Origin: Vicugna vicugna
Taxonomy: Eukaryota
DNA: 64,000 nt
Direction of reading: 5' to 3'
NCBI GenBank assembly: GCA_013265495.1
Contig: MU058636.1
Location: 7,890,295-7,954,294 of the forward strand
Shown: one piece after another, positions 62,623 through 64,000 of the stretch
Position numbering within the stretch: the first letter of the stretch is position 1
Layout: every line of letters starts with the position of its first letter
Program-made: the position numbers and the translations under genes
Notes under the pieces: generated by a model
Databases searched by the model: none
Told to the model about the DNA's origin: nothing
The model's input: only the letters and a program-made list of their open reading frames with translations

Positions 62623-64000
62623 ATGATTGAACTAAATCTTAAAACTTGTAGTCCCCATCCCTGACAAATCGTCGAGGACTTTATTAAATATTCAGTCAAT
62701 TATGATTTTGCACTTTCATTTGAAATGCTAGGTGTTCTCAGAATATCATGTATACAAACATATTTTATATCCAAAGCAAAATATAAATTACTACTTTATT
62801 TAACCATCAGAACAAACTGCATTCAGTATACCAACTCAGCAGCACAGTGTAAATTCAAGAGAAGGGAGATATGGACTTGCCTCTTCCTGTACCAGTAACT
62901 TAACATTAAGCTCAATTAAACAAGCAAATGTTACCTAAGAGGAAAGGGATAACTTGTCCAAGGTGGAGCCCTAATCCTTACTTTGCCAGGGGAGAGGCTG
63001 ATGCTTTCCTAGGCTTTGCAGTTCAAAGCCCCAAAGCCCAAGGGCCTCAGCTGGCGCCATCTCCCAGAGTCTGACACCTGGCCCTGCCAGAGCTTGTGAG
63101 CTGCCTCAGAAGGCAGTGGGCAAGAGGGGGTGGACACACCTACTACTGCCCCCGGGCCCAGCTTAACACTGCTCCAGAAGGCTGGCTGTCTTCCCAGCTT
63201 GGGCCTTTGCCATACTGACATACCATTACTATACTCTTGTTCATCCCAAATATATTTCTAAAAAGACTACTGTAATGGAAAAAATGTTAAACGCTATTCA
63301 GTTGTTTCAAATTTGCTTTGTTAAAGAAAAGAAAAATCCAAAATAGCGTTTGATCATATTGAGAAAATATAGATGTACAAATGCATAGAGTGTAAAACAT
63401 TAAATATCCAGAAAACCTTGGAGTTACTGCCCAGCTGGAAACTACCTGACAATTACTTCTTTTTTTTCCTTATGGAAAAATGAAGTACTTCTAACATCAA
63501 TACTTGGTTAACAAACCTGGCACTATGACTTAATTCTTCTGCTGAATTTCAGTAGCACTTAAAGTTATATTTTCAACTCAAAAGTATTTTTTTTTATTCT
63601 TCCAAAGGATACAGCCCTGAAGTTAGTTCATTCTTTTTCTTCTTGTCTGTCAATGTGGCACAACAGTGCATAAGAAGCAGTGGTGAACGTACATAATACA
63701 GATGCTGTGAAACCTGGGCTCGTGGTGGTGGTGGTGTTGTTGATCTTATTTGAAAAAGCACTTCTAACAATAATCCTCCTTGTTTTTTAACTTTATTTGC
63801 ATGACTTCTTGATTGATTGATAGATTGATATATTGATTGATTCAACATGTTTTTAAGAAAGTCCTGTTCCCTGGGGCTGCATTACAGTGGGTCTAGGTGG
63901 TCCCAGGAGACAGAGCTGAAGTTAACCCCATGGAGGTCCAAACAGTCCTATGGAATAAGTAGAGTTTCACTGACCCTGGTCAACATGAAATCTTCCCTAA

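Noticed and set aside
1..64000. A novel multi-gene system, CRISPR array or operon
   Set aside because: This is mammalian intron and intergenic DNA with one recognisable CDS. There is no repeat-spacer array, and the other listed ORFs are short, often lack ATG starts, and show no recognisable homology.

Overview
This is mammalian genomic DNA, almost certainly camelid, based on a vic-1-type tRNA-derived SINE and artiodactyl/camelid-type L1 3' ends. The only supportable protein-coding sequence is SERTM1 (107 aa, + strand, 6641-6964). It lies in a large terminal exon with a splice acceptor at 6458 and a probable poly(A) signal at 9346; the first exon and promoter appear to lie upstream of the window. 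The remaining ~54 kb is intergenic and rich in repeats: MIR, L2, L1, MaLR/ERVL/ERV1 LTRs, hAT-Charlie transposon fossils and MITEs, and microsatellites. I found no evidence of a novel multi-gene system. The most interesting local observations are a TSD-flanked, polyadenylated ~300-bp orphan retrocopy of old MLT1 sequence inside an L1; a 56-bp direct duplication bracketing a GC-rich segment in the SERTM1 intron; two uORFs and three miR-9 seed sites in the SERTM1 exon; a canonical CTCF motif; and a CpG-rich old LTR. Repeat family names come from recalled consensus sequences, and repeat boundaries are approximate.
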